DNA of 64,000 nucleotides from a virus (IMGVR_UViG_3300028797_000145:1-64000), one strand, 5' to 3'; positions 29,675 to 39,400 are shown, numbered from the stretch's first letter. Numbers and translations are program-made. The notes: a model not told the origin generated them from the letters alone.

Positions 29675-30219
29675 TCATGTAAGACACCACTGTTTTGCAG
29701 GACATTCTTCACAATAACTTTCAATCTGTTCTACACAAGACCATCCAAAATCTCTTACAAGTCTTACTCTGTGCTCGTCACTGTACCAAAAATCCACTAT
29801 TTCACTACCGTCATAGTATTTATCATACTCTGGAAATCTATATACCCTTAAATCTGTCCATTCACAATCCTCAAACGTAACATCATTGCGTAATGCTATT
29901 GCTTTTGCTTTTCCTCTCGTTGGTGCAAATACAATTACTGTACCGTATTCAGCATTTCTATCATCCACTTTCCATGCTTTCATTTCGCATCCTCTCTTTC
30001 CTGTTGATCAACCATTCTCACTCCGCAGTTAGGGCAAAATTTTTCAGTACCGTCTAATTTAGGATGACCCCATTTGCAACAATCACACATATATGAACCA
30101 CAATCATCTTCTTGTAGCGGATGTACTAATATCCAATGTGCTGTCTTTTGCTCTTGTTCTAATGCCCTAATTCGCTTCTCTAATTCTTTCAATTTAATTT
30201 CCATGTATTGATGTGTCAT
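29675..30219 (-). other. Two small hypothetical ORFs (29675-29983; 29980-30219 with Zn ribbon)
   Basis: 4-bp overlaps; CDCC...CPNCG in the second. Confidence 0.6.
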
Positions 30220-30837
30220 ACTTCCTCACCTTCCTGTGGATCAAAAATATCATTACTAGAATCCATGAAGTTCACCTCCACATCTTTCGGGCATAGGGCT
30301 ACGATGAATCCTGCAGGTAGCATTACAATCCCGGATTCCATTTGTTTGATAAGCGTATCATATGTCCTTTTCATATTTTCTTTTTTCATAAGAAATGGAG
30401 CCCGAATTACCAAAATATCATTCTTCCTATTATGTTTACTTGGCTTTTCTTTCCACGACATCTGCTTTCTCCTCCTTTTCATCAGGAACCCATTTTCCTT
30501 CATATTGAGGTAACCATCCAGGTAGACCAAATATGCTAGGCATATTGACTCTTGCATTTTTGACAAAAGTCTTGTCTGTAACAACATAACATTTCTCTTC
30601 CTCAGCAAAAGGACTCCAAACGATTGGGATGGCTAAACCTGCTTTATACCACAACTCGGGAATAATATCCTTATGCTTCGGGTTAAGGATCAGAGCGAAG
30701 TCTTCTTTGATGTCACCGGATTCTTTTCGCTCTTCAAATATCTTTTTTTCAGTGGATTCTATTATAGCCTGCATTATCTTTTCTACGTCCTGTTCGAAAG
30801 GACTACTCGTTAAAAAATCATTCATCTTTTTCCTCAC
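30216..30837 (-). other. Two small hypothetical ORFs (about 30216-30469 and about 30436-30825)
   Basis: ORF track; starts uncertain. Confidence 0.45.
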
Positions 30838-31006
30838 TTTCCTGTCTGCGTTCAGTCATCCACGTATTGAGACTTTCTCGACATTCAGTACATACATCCC
30901 ATATTCTTCCGTGACTTGAAATGCAAAAGTTCAAATCTTTGATATGATCTACAAATATTGCGGGTTCCATTTCCTTACCGCAAATATCACATACTGTTTT
31001 TTTCAT
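30818..31006 (-). CDS. Small Zn-finger protein (paralog of 29466-29648)
   Basis: KTVCDICGKEM...FCISSHGRIWDVCTEC. Confidence 0.7.
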   Translation of the reverse strand: MKKTVCDICGKEMEPAIFVDHIKDLNFCISSHGRIWDVCTECRESLNTWMTERRQESEEKDE

Positions 31007-31783
31007 TCGCTTACCTCACCTTTCTTTGGCTCGAACAAGAAGCAATATCCATCTTCCCTTGTTTTGCAGCCATCACCCCATTTTGAACAGATTTCGTGTG
31101 CTACTATAAGCGGTATTCCATCTACATTTGCAACACTATCATATTCGAAGTATTTGCAATCCTTACAATGTCCTAATATTCCTTCTGAATAAACCTTCTC
31201 TATGTCAATTCCGTGTTGACCGTAGAAAATTTTTTCATCTATTGCCATACCACAACCCTCCTAATCAAAGAAATACCTTTTATAGACGTATTCCTTATAA
31301 TTATCTAAAACCTTATTAACAATTTCCGATATTAACTTTGAAGTTTCTTCTTCATCATCAAATGAATTCTTGATGGTAAAATCATCCAATGTACCGCGGT
31401 GACACCATCTTGAATCTTTATTAGAAGGGTCATCGATCGCAATCATTATGGCAGTACCAAATATGTAAGGATCGAAGCTGCATTCAACATGCACATCTCC
31501 AATCACTTTTTCGTTAAGGGCCTCTTTAATTTGGTTACAAAGCAGTTTGTATTGTAAAATATCACTCATCCTCTTTCTCCTTTCATTCGTTAGCATTGGA
31601 CAGTATAACTTCCCCGCAAGTCTCACAAATATCACACTCAAACGGGTAAATAGTTTGTCCTTTTTTCTTTTTCATCTTTATGCCGTATCCAATAGGCAAT
31701 TCGCACCTGCAAAGCGCATATACATAATTGTCATTGTCGATAGGATATACATATTCAGGTTTCATCCTTTCTCTCCTTTCCAT
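31003..31783 (-). other. Three small hypothetical ORFs (31003-31248 Cys-rich, 31261-about 31569, about 31583-31765 Zn ribbon)
   Basis: ORF track with RBSs. Confidence 0.55.
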
Positions 31784-32004
31784 TCATACCCCGTTTCCTC
31801 AAACAGTTTCTTCGGAGAAATATAATAGTTGATCCTGCCATACCTACTATTGCACTCCTCCAAATCCTCAATAACTCTCCCTTTCCTGGTCGCCACACCG
31901 ATCGGAAGCCATCCAGATATAATCCCAGCTCTGACCCAGCACGGATCCTTCCCATAGACGCGAGCTGCCACGGCTACGGGTACGGACCCTTGAGGGAAAG
32001 TCAT
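31762..32004 (-). CDS. Excisionase-like / winged-HTH DNA-binding protein
   Basis: VPVAVAARVYGKDPCWVRAGIISGWLPIG...YYISPKKL: MerR/Xis-like wHTH pattern. Confidence 0.5.
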   Translation of the reverse strand: MTFPQGSVPVAVAARVYGKDPCWVRAGIISGWLPIGVATRKGRVIEDLEECNSRYGRINYYISPKKLFEETGYEWKGEKG

Positions 32005-32204
32005 TCTGAATACATGTATACAGTAAGACCAGTATCTTTATATACACTATTCATATTTGAAGGTTGATTACACCAATCTATTACTACATTTGCTGTTTCC
32101 TCATCAAAATCTTCCTTCACGTGTTTATACACATCATTTAAGGCGTTATAAACTATTACCATGCCTCCAGATCCCCAATTTTCCTCAACTTGATAATAAA
32201 TCAT
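32001..32204 (-). CDS. Small hypothetical protein
   Basis: 67 aa, RBS GGAGG, 4-bp overlap. Confidence 0.6.
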   Translation of the reverse strand: MIYYQVEENWGSGGMVIVYNALNDVYKHVKEDFDEETANVVIDWCNQPSNMNSVYKDTGLTVYMYSE

Positions 32205-32224
32205 AAGCTACCTCCTAAATATAA

Positions 32225-33337
32225 TTAATCAATCTGAATTACAGTTTGTGCTGGTTCGTCCGTACAAGTCCCTTGCAGTGCTTTACGGTGATGCACGCTA
32301 GGCTTAACATAAACCACACGTCCGCTTTTAAGTTTTCTTTCATGACCTCTGGTATTCCATGAAGCTACTTTATAGCGAATAATCCTCTCATAGTTTGCTT
32401 CTCTTGGAATATCCACAGATTTGATTGAGATTCCTGACTCACCGACATTTCTTATTAACTGCTTCTTTCTTTTCTCATCAGTTACCTCAGCGACGCCATT
32501 TGCCTTTCCGTTTGCTGATGATCTCTTTGTGTGCAGTTTGTTTTTGGAAAGTTCCATATTAGTTTTAACAACACACCAAATATAATTGTTTACTACATGC
32601 GGCTTACCTTCATCCTCATCCATCTGATCGATAAGCATGACGTCCGGAATAACAACTTTGTTCCAAAAGAGTTTCTCATCTTCGGTGAAATCCATATTCA
32701 ATGGAGATATCACACTAAACAGCTCTGATAATGGAGCATAAATTTCATCTATTATTGAGATGGTTCCATCTTTCCACATGAGCTCAACCACTGAAGAGCT
32801 ATTCATTGCCCAAACTGATTTGTCTTTGCCATAGTCTTCCAAATATAATTTGTATTTGTGTTCATCGACATTAAGATCAACGACATCAAATATCAAATAT
32901 CTGCCGCTGTTAACCTTAATCACTCCACGAGTCATTGGCGGAACAAAGCAATATGGATGGGTTTTAATATACTCTTCTTCGTCATCCGATCGATGATAAG
33001 ATGGCAGATCTCCTCCGGATTTTATACCATCTTTATTAATTAAACCAGTTATATCAATAGTATCTTGCTCTTTTACTTCTTTTCTTGTAAGCATATGACC
33101 TTTTTCGATAAGTGTTCTAAAATATCTATTGATAAGATCCATTTCTCTTTGTTCAAAAACCTGTCGGCCATTAGCTGGATCCTTTTCCTCGGGCGTTAGA
33201 AATAACTTATTTTCATATTTTTTAGATGCTGCAATGTACGATGCATACATCCTAGATTTTATTGTGTCATAGTTGATTTCTTTCCGCCCATTTCCTTTTG
33301 TAACGCTCGAGACATCCATCACACGTTTACGACTCAT
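32225..33337 (-). CDS. Phage hypothetical protein with C-terminal RGHxR...G..VYVKP motif
   Basis: 370 aa, RBS GGAGG. Confidence 0.75.
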   Translation of the reverse strand: MSRKRVMDVSSVTKGNGRKEINYDTIKSRMYASYIAASKKYENKLFLTPEEKDPANGRQVFEQREMDLINRYFRTLIEKGHMLTRKEVKEQDTIDITGLINKDGIKSGGDLPSYHRSDDEEEYIKTHPYCFVPPMTRGVIKVNSGRYLIFDVVDLNVDEHKYKLYLEDYGKDKSVWAMNSSSVVELMWKDGTISIIDEIYAPLSELFSVISPLNMDFTEDEKLFWNKVVIPDVMLIDQMDEDEGKPHVVNNYIWCVVKTNMELSKNKLHTKRSSANGKANGVAEVTDEKRKKQLIRNVGESGISIKSVDIPREANYERIIRYKVASWNTRGHERKLKSGRVVYVKPSVHHRKALQGTCTDEPAQTVIQID

Positions 33338-33427
33338 ACCACTACCTCCTTAAAATATCATAAATTGTCTGTTTACATAAGCCTTGTATTATCGTTAACC
33401 AAAATGAGACGATTAAAGGTTAGACTT

Positions 33428-33628
33428 TTACCAAAGCCCATAATTCTTTTCATACATCTCTTCGAACTTGGATCCAAATATAAGTTCCCGGATCAGATTG
33501 GCTTCGTATTCGTAATCGCCGTTCGCCTCTTCGATGATCTTATATCCAAAATCTTTGAGTCTGACAGGAGTTCCACCAGCAGCCCAATATCCTGCATCCA
33601 CGTTAACCCATGAATCTGTGAAAGCCAT
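33428..33628 (-). CDS. Small hypothetical protein
   Basis: 66 aa, RBS present. Confidence 0.55.
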   Translation of the reverse strand: MAFTDSWVNVDAGYWAAGGTPVRLKDFGYKIIEEANGDYEYEANLIRELIFGSKFEEMYEKNYGLW

Positions 33629-33753
33629 CTAATCATCTCCTTCCTCATCCGAAATATAATCGAGATACTCCCTTTCTGTCGGAAATGCCATGTATCGCTG
33701 CTCCTCTTCGATCCATCCCCAGTAAATTGCTCCTGTGTAGTATCCCTTAACAA

Positions 33754-34548
33754 TCATCCGAACACCTCCTTAAATATCTCGTAGTTGTCTGGATCTGCGC
33801 CTTTGTATACAGCAAATTCGATCTTGTCAAATACTTTAGGGAATACTTTGATTGCATTGAACCATGCCCCCGCAACAGTAACCGGATCATTCATGAAAGC
33901 TCCACATCCAAATGCTCCAAGGACCAAAATATCAGAACCTTCACTTGCAGCACAGGTAAGCATGTGCATAGCTCTTTTGAAATGAATAGAATATAACTCC
34001 AAAGGATTCTTATCTTCGTAACCTAAATCCGGAGCCGCCATAGTTATTACATCTACCTTGTACCAGTCAGACTTTGGAAGTAATTCCGGTCTTTCCGTAT
34101 CAGACTTGAATACCACAATATCCTTGCTGTAGATCAAAGAGTCGGTACTATCGAGTGGATCTATGTCCTCATTATTCCGATAAAAGCAATCGAGTTTTTC
34201 ATCAAGAATTACGGGATATAACGTAGAAATCCTACACAATGATTCCTCTTGAGCTGAAGCACCATTAAGAACCCCACCTCCAGGTACAACACCATTTGCA
34301 AAGTTAAGAACAGCAATCCTTGAATCCGGATTCTCGAGTCTCAATATTCTTGCTGCCTCAAAGCTACGATCACCGGATACAGAAATATCAGCTTCTTTGC
34401 TTCTAATCGGACGATTAACAATGGGCCATTCGTCTTCAAAATATACTCTGCTGTTATCAACAGAATCCTGAACGCATTTGTCTAAATGGCCAGAGTTAAA
34501 AATATAATTCAAAGTGTCAGCGAATATTTTTACGTTTTCCTCTCCCAT
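33754..34548 (-). CDS. Macrodomain, microbial PARG-like (TIGR02452/DUF2263 family) ADP-ribose glycohydrolase
   Basis: VLNFANGVVPGGGVLNGASAQEESLCRISTLY contains the GGG-x7-QEE PARG signature; LVLGAFGCGAF phosphate-binding loop. Confidence 0.9.
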   Translation of the reverse strand: MGEENVKIFADTLNYIFNSGHLDKCVQDSVDNSRVYFEDEWPIVNRPIRSKEADISVSGDRSFEAARILRLENPDSRIAVLNFANGVVPGGGVLNGASAQEESLCRISTLYPVILDEKLDCFYRNNEDIDPLDSTDSLIYSKDIVVFKSDTERPELLPKSDWYKVDVITMAAPDLGYEDKNPLELYSIHFKRAMHMLTCAASEGSDILVLGAFGCGAFMNDPVTVAGAWFNAIKVFPKVFDKIEFAVYKGADPDNYEIFKEVFG

Positions 34549-34608
34549 AAACTACCTCCTTTGCATAAAGAAAAGACCCTCAGCCGTTAAGCCAAGGGTC
34601 TCTAGTTA

Positions 34609-34926
34609 TTAGTGCATTACGAATATGATTTCGTCAAACTTTTGATCTTTTGTGAATCCGGTTATCTCTGGGATCATTGCCTCAGACATCTCTGAAAGGT
34701 CATCGAGTGATACGCTCTCAAATCCCCAGATACCATTGGGCCAGGCCTTTCCTTCAAAAGTGTTCTTTCCGGTGTCGATGAGGATCTCTGCCGCCTCATC
34801 ATTTCCTCTAAGTACCAAATATAACGCTGTGCCTCCTGCCAGGGCTAAGGTGGTTCCTACTGCGATCTTCTTCCAGTTTCTCTTGATGAATTCGTTTACC
34901 TTCTGCTTCTTTGTTACAACTTTCAT
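34609..34926 (-). CDS. Single-TM small protein
   Basis: WKKIAVGTTLALAGGTALYLVL anchor; terminator at about 34572-34603. Confidence 0.65.
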   Translation of the reverse strand: MKVVTKKQKVNEFIKRNWKKIAVGTTLALAGGTALYLVLRGNDEAAEILIDTGKNTFEGKAWPNGIWGFESVSLDDLSEMSEAMIPEITGFTKDQKFDEIIFVMH

Positions 34927-35132
34927 TTTTCTACCTCCTCTTTAACGATCTGCTTCTGAGTAATTACACCAATAATCCGTCCACGTCCAAGATCTTCTAC
35001 TTTCACTTCGTAAGCTCTTACTAATTCCGGGCAAGGCTCGAAGTTTGCAAGGAGTTCGTCAATCAAATTCCTAGCGTTGGATTTCTCATTGATCTCCATC
35101 TTGAAAGATACGTTGTAAGTTCTCGTTACCAT
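34923..35132 (-). CDS. Small hypothetical protein
   Basis: Likely start MVTRTY (RBS AGGAG), downstream of promoter-like element 35228-35256. Confidence 0.55.
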   Translation of the reverse strand: MVTRTYNVSFKMEINEKSNARNLIDELLANFEPCPELVRAYEVKVEDLGRGRIIGVITQKQIVKEEVEK

Positions 35133-35270
35133 GTTTTCGTGCTCCTTTCGTAAATATGATTTAGTTAACTGAAACAAAAGGAGAGTGTGCCACCAATTAT
35201 GGCGAGCGCATACAAGCGCTTTCACTCTCCATTAAAGAACGTGTAAAATGTGCGAACAAAAAAGAAGAGC

Positions 35271-35474
35271 CTATTTACGGCCCTTCCTAATTTCTGCTTC
35301 CTCAATAAATATTACTGCCATGAATAGCAATGTATACAATAGAAACAAAATTACTGATGGAACCAATGTTTCTTTGATACTATATCCATCCCATCTCAGG
35401 AATATGATACTTATCATCATTATGGCTCCTATCAAATATCTGATTCCATTAAGCATAACTTTTACTACTTTCAT
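35271..35474 (-). CDS. Small two-TM membrane protein
   Basis: Two hydrophobic helices; own promoter-like element 35502-35530. Confidence 0.65.
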   Translation of the reverse strand: MKVVKVMLNGIRYLIGAIMMISIIFLRWDGYSIKETLVPSVILFLLYTLLFMAVIFIEEAEIRKGRK

Positions 35475-35557
35475 TTCACAGTTCTCCTTTCTATTTTATT
35501 CTGCATAATAGCAGGTGTTATTTGTGCGAACAAAAAATAGGAAAAGCCCAAGCGGGC

Positions 35558-35767
35558 TCATCCTACTACTTCTACATCTCTATAAATCTCTACGACATCA
35601 CACGCGTTAATCGTGTAAACTACGTTTTCTCTTTTGTTCTCTTCTCTAAGTTGCTTAAGTTCTTTAGCTTTCTTACATGCCTTACTTGAGGCTTTAATTG
35701 TAGCCGTTGTAAGTTCCGTTACTGCTATGTTTATAAGTGCCTTTTGAATAAAGTTAAGTTCCTTCAT
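35558..35767 (-). CDS. Small hypothetical protein
   Basis: Likely start MKELNF (RBS GGAGG); promoter-like element 35802-35830. Confidence 0.6.
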   Translation of the reverse strand: MKELNFIQKALINIAVTELTTATIKASSKACKKAKELKQLREENKRENVVYTINACDVVEIYRDVEVVG

Positions 35768-35895
35768 AGTGTTTTCCTCCTTTTCTAAAGCGTGCTTCTG
35801 TCTCATATAAGGGTGTGTTATTTGTGCGTACAAAAATGAAAAAGAAAGAGACCTGGTTAAAACTGCTGCCAAGTCTCTTTCATTGGAAAGGAGGT

Positions 35896-36207
35896 TTAGA
35901 TTGTTCCGTTAATGACTTTTAAATATTGTTTTCTTTCTTCGGGTGTTAATTTCTGAAAGTTCTCATAAAACTCTTCTAAAACCGAAGTCCTTTTTTCTAC
36001 TGAATTTACATAATCATGAATCAACCGTTGTGCTTCATTAACATTTGTTTCTAATACTGCCATATTAACAGCATCTTTCTTAAGCCTTTCGATTTCTTCT
36101 TCCGTGTCTTTCAAAGACTTTCGATCATAGACTTTAAGTAATACTAATCCTGCTCCAGTTAAAACTACACTAACTGTTAAAGCTACAATAAGTTTGTTAT
36201 TCATATC
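35896..36207 (-). CDS. Single-TM coiled-coil protein (paralog of 36802-37113)
   Basis: MNNKLIVALTVSVVLTGAGLVLL...EEFYENFQKL...KVINGTI. Confidence 0.7.
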   Translation of the reverse strand, partial: DMNNKLIVALTVSVVLTGAGLVLLKVYDRKSLKDTEEEIERLKKDAVNMAVLETNVNEAQRLIHDYVNSVEKRTSVLEEFYENFQKLTPEERKQYLKVINGTI

Positions 36208-36483
36208 GAATACCTCCTTTACTATCCTTTCCATAATAGAAGAAGTTAATATTGCAAAAAAAAAAAATAGAACGTGGGTTTCTCGTTAATGTCGATTCTG
36301 TATACTATATCAACAGCCATACTCCCCGCTTGTGTATGTTCCTACGTATTACCTTTGAGTATATTCGACTAACCTCAATGTAATCCATGTATACCTCTTT
36401 TTCCATTAAAGGATATGCAAATTTTGCGAAAAAGAATAGGGAGTGCAAATATCACACTCCCATAATCTTTTATCCTTCTAATT

Positions 36484-36678
36484 TTACTCCGATTTCTCCT
36501 TTCCGAATGCTTTACGAATAGATTCGAAATAAGCCTCAATCGCTTCGTGTTCCTTATCCCATTCTTTTTGTTTCTTTTCATACTTTTTTATTTCATTTTT
36601 CGTTACTACTATACTAATACCACTTCCAATAATAATTGGTGCACATACTAAAGCTACTATTTTTTCCACTGCGTTCAT
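36484..36678 (-). CDS. Single-TM coiled-coil small protein
   Basis: IVALVCAPIIIGSGISIVV then K/E-rich; own promoter-like element and terminator. Confidence 0.7.
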   Translation of the reverse strand: MNAVEKIVALVCAPIIIGSGISIVVTKNEIKKYEKKQKEWDKEHEAIEAYFESIRKAFGKEKSE

Positions 36679-36801
36679 ACTGTTACCTCCTTTTTAAATA
36701 TAGATTTGCATGTGTCCATAAAGGAATATGTTATTATTGCGAAAAGAAAAGGAACAGACCTAGTAAATATCACTAGGCCTGCACCTTATTGGAAAGGAGG
36801 T

Positions 36802-37080
36802 TTAGATAAATCCGTTAATCTGCTTTAAAACTGCTTTCTTTTCTCCCTTATCTAATTGTTGAAATTGCTTGTAAAACTCATCAATTAATAAATCGTGGTC
36901 GATCCATGTACTCGAAATGTTGTCTTCAGTATCTTTTATGCTATCCCTAAGTCTTTCCTTAAGTTCTTGTAACTCTTTTTCGGTTTCTTGTTCGACCCGC
37001 TTATTAAACTTTCTGATCGTAATATAAGCTGCTCCAGTTGCCAATAAAAGGCTTGTTAAAATAATCGCATTTTTGTTCAT
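36802..37080 (-). CDS. Single-TM coiled-coil protein (paralog of 35896-36234)
   Basis: MNKNAIILTSLLLATGAAYITI...DEFYKQFQQL...KQINGFI. Confidence 0.7.
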   Translation of the reverse strand: MNKNAIILTSLLLATGAAYITIRKFNKRVEQETEKELQELKERLRDSIKDTEDNISSTWIDHDLLIDEFYKQFQQLDKGEKKAVLKQINGFI

Positions 37081-37170
37081 ATTATTACCTCCTTTTCTTA
37101 ACTTCCTTTCCATTAAAGGACATGTATTTTATGCGTACAAAAATAAAAAAAATAAAAGAGAAAGGTGCTG

Positions 37171-37440
37171 TTACGCACCAATCTCTATTGCCTTATCTAA
37201 AACCTTATTTACTTCCATGTACTGTGTCCATCCGTTCTCTCTGGTATACCACTTAGGTTCATCAAAATGGGATACACGAATATAAGGTACATACAGGTCT
37301 TTATACTTCCTAGGGTTCTTTTTCTTCTTCTCATACTCTTCTCTAGAAAGTACATACACCTGATCCAAACCATTATCCGTATATTCCGTATAATGAATAT
37401 TGTGTTCCTCCAAAAAGTTAATAAATTCTTCTTTAGTCAT
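37171..37440 (-). CDS. Small hypothetical protein
   Basis: 89 aa, RBS GGAGG, promoter-like element 37468-37496. Confidence 0.7.
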   Translation of the reverse strand: MTKEEFINFLEEHNIHYTEYTDNGLDQVYVLSREEYEKKKKNPRKYKDLYVPYIRVSHFDEPKWYTRENGWTQYMEVNKVLDKAIEIGA

Positions 37441-37533
37441 AGTCCTTTCCTCCTTTTGGTTTTTTGTTGCATAATAGACTATGCTTTTTATGCGAAAAAG
37501 AAGAGACTATGTAAGCCCTCTTCTTGCTGGTTC

Positions 37534-37866
37534 TTAGTAATGTCTCTTGATGATAAATGACTGGGTAATCTTCGGAAGCGTGAAGAGATACAATGCGGTG
37601 TCGTTCAGACCTGTTGCCAGTTCGGTTCTGCATTTTCTCTCAACTTCTTCGAAGGGAAATGCTCCTTCTTCAAAGCCGGGTTTTGATCCCCAATACTGGT
37701 TACATAATCTGATCCACCTAAGTACATCTTCAATGTTCCGATAAACGTTCCAGACAAGCTGATCGTCAAGTCCTTCTTCAGTTACCGCGCAAGAAACGGA
37801 ATATAATTCCTCTTCTCCCTGGTTCCTAAGCCGTTCTACAGCCTCGTTTAAAGTTTCAGTGTTCAT
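37534..37866 (-). CDS. Small hypothetical protein
   Basis: 110 aa, RBS GGAGG, promoter-like element 37905-37933. Confidence 0.7.
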   Translation of the reverse strand: MNTETLNEAVERLRNQGEEELYSVSCAVTEEGLDDQLVWNVYRNIEDVLRWIRLCNQYWGSKPGFEEGAFPFEEVERKCRTELATGLNDTALYLFTLPKITQSFIIKRHY

Positions 37867-37941
37867 ACTGTTACCTCCTTCTCTGGGTTGTTTAACTACT
37901 TTGTTCCATTAAAGGACGTGCCAAATATGCGAGTATAGGAC

Positions 37942-37971
37942 TTGACAATTCCTACAACAAAAATATAAAAT
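37942..37971 (+). promoter_or_regulatory. Sigma70/SigA-type promoter for the integrase
   Basis: TTGACA at 37942-37947, TATAAA/TAAAAT 16-18 bp downstream, RBS AAGGAG before ATG 38007. Confidence 0.6.
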
Positions 37972-38006
37972 AAAGGAAGTTCTAACTATGCGAAAGGAGA
38001 AATACC

Positions 38007-39200
38007 ATGTTAATCAAATGCCCCGAATGTAGTTTGCAAATATCGGATAAAGCGGTGTCTTGTCCGCACTGTGGTTACCCTCTTAAACCGGAAGCCGTCC
38101 GTACACGGTCTTCAACTAGACGTAAAAGACTTCCAAATGGTTTTGGACAAATATCGAAAATCCGAAACAAATCACTCAGGAAACCTTACAGAGCTATGGT
38201 CTCTGTTGGAAAGGATCCGGAGACAGGAAGGCCAATATGTAAATTGCTTCAACCAGTTGCTTACTTTGCAACATACAATGAAGCTTACGAGGCTCTACTT
38301 AAATATAATAGAGATCCGTCCGTACAAGGCTCTAGCATGACCGTAGAAGAGCTTTTCAATGAATGGTCCGAATGGTACTTCCCAGCTCTAAGTAAATCCG
38401 CAATAGAGACTCATATGGTTGCGTGGAAATACTCAAAACTATTACATCATGTGAGAGTTTCTGAGTTAAGAACAAAAAATATAAGAGACTGTATCGATCA
38501 ATGTGAATCTCTTACTACAAAACCTAGAATTAAGACTCTATTTAGTTTAATGCTTGACTATGCAGTAGAACATGAATATATTGATCAGAACTATGCCAAG
38601 ATTATTAAACTAAACCCTACCATTGCAAAAGAGTTAGGCGTGGTTAAGAACAAACACATAGCATTTACTGAAGAAGAGATAAATATAATGTGGAGGAATG
38701 TTGACGAAGTGCCATTCGTTGATTGGATGTTAATACAATGTTACACTGGTATGCGTCCCAGAGAACTTCTCAATGTACAAGTAGAGAATGTGGATCTAAA
38801 CCAAAATATAATCATAGCTGGAATGAAAACGGATGCCGGTAAGGATCGAGTAATTCCTATCCATGCAAAAATAAGAGGACTTGTTAAAAGTAAGATACGA
38901 GTAGCTGAGTATTTAGATAGTCCCTATCTGTTTAATCAGCCAAATAGCATTGGTATGAGCTATACAACCTATAACAAATACTTCACAGAAATCGTGTTAC
39001 AGTTAGGGTTGAACGAGAAGCACCGACCTCATGATCCTCGTAAGACTTTTGTCACTATGGCCAAAAAATATAACGTAGACGAGTACGCAATCAAAAGAAT
39101 AATAGGCCATGCGACTGGTGACTTAACTGAGGATCGATACACCGAAAGAAATATAGAATGGTTAAAAGAAGAGGTAGAGAAGATAGGGAGCCCGGTTTAG
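38007..39200 (+). CDS. int: Tyrosine recombinase (phage integrase) with N-terminal Zn ribbon and arm-binding domain
   Basis: Catalytic residues: TGMRPRE (R), GMKT (K), HDPR (HxxR), IGH (H), DRY (Y); CPEC/CPHC Zn ribbon. Confidence 0.95.
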   Translation: MLIKCPECSLQISDKAVSCPHCGYPLKPEAVRTRSSTRRKRLPNGFGQISKIRNKSLRKPYRAMVSVGKDPETGRPICKLLQPVAYFATYNEAYEALLKYNRDPSVQGSSMTVEELFNEWSEWYFPALSKSAIETHMVAWKYSKLLHHVRVSELRTKNIRDCIDQCESLTTKPRIKTLFSLMLDYAVEHEYIDQNYAKIIKLNPTIAKELGVVKNKHIAFTEEEINIMWRNVDEVPFVDWMLIQCYTGMRPRELLNVQVENVDLNQNIIIAGMKTDAGKDRVIPIHAKIRGLVKSKIRVAEYLDSPYLFNQPNSIGMSYTTYNKYFTEIVLQLGLNEKHRPHDPRKTFVTMAKKYNVDEYAIKRIIGHATGDLTEDRYTERNIEWLKEEVEKIGSPV

Positions 39201-39373
39201 GACTCCCTTCCAAGTGATTCAAGAGTTTTTATTGATTCTAAGTATAGCCTGTCTTTCTCATCTTTCTTTCTGCCAGATTTCTTTATCTTGTAGATAGAGA
39301 GCGCCAGATCTGCAACAATTGCTAAACCAGATAAAAGTAAGATTTTGTTTTTCATTTTGATTACCTCCTTTAA
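39197..39373 (-). CDS. Single-TM small protein
   Basis: Likely start in MKNKILLLSGLAIVADLAL (RBS GGAGG); exact start approximate. Confidence 0.5.
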   Translation of the reverse strand, partial: LKEVIKMKNKILLLSGLAIVADLALSIYKIKKSGRKKDEKDRLYLESIKTLESLGRES

Positions 39374-39400
39374 GAAAAAATAAGAAGAGGAAGAGACCAT

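Noticed and set aside
36253-36267. Poly-A (12 nt) as a phase-variation switch in a promoter
   Set aside because: The tract lies outside the 14-nt spacer and could be a terminator U-tract or a sequencing homopolymer artefact; no evidence of variation from one sequence.
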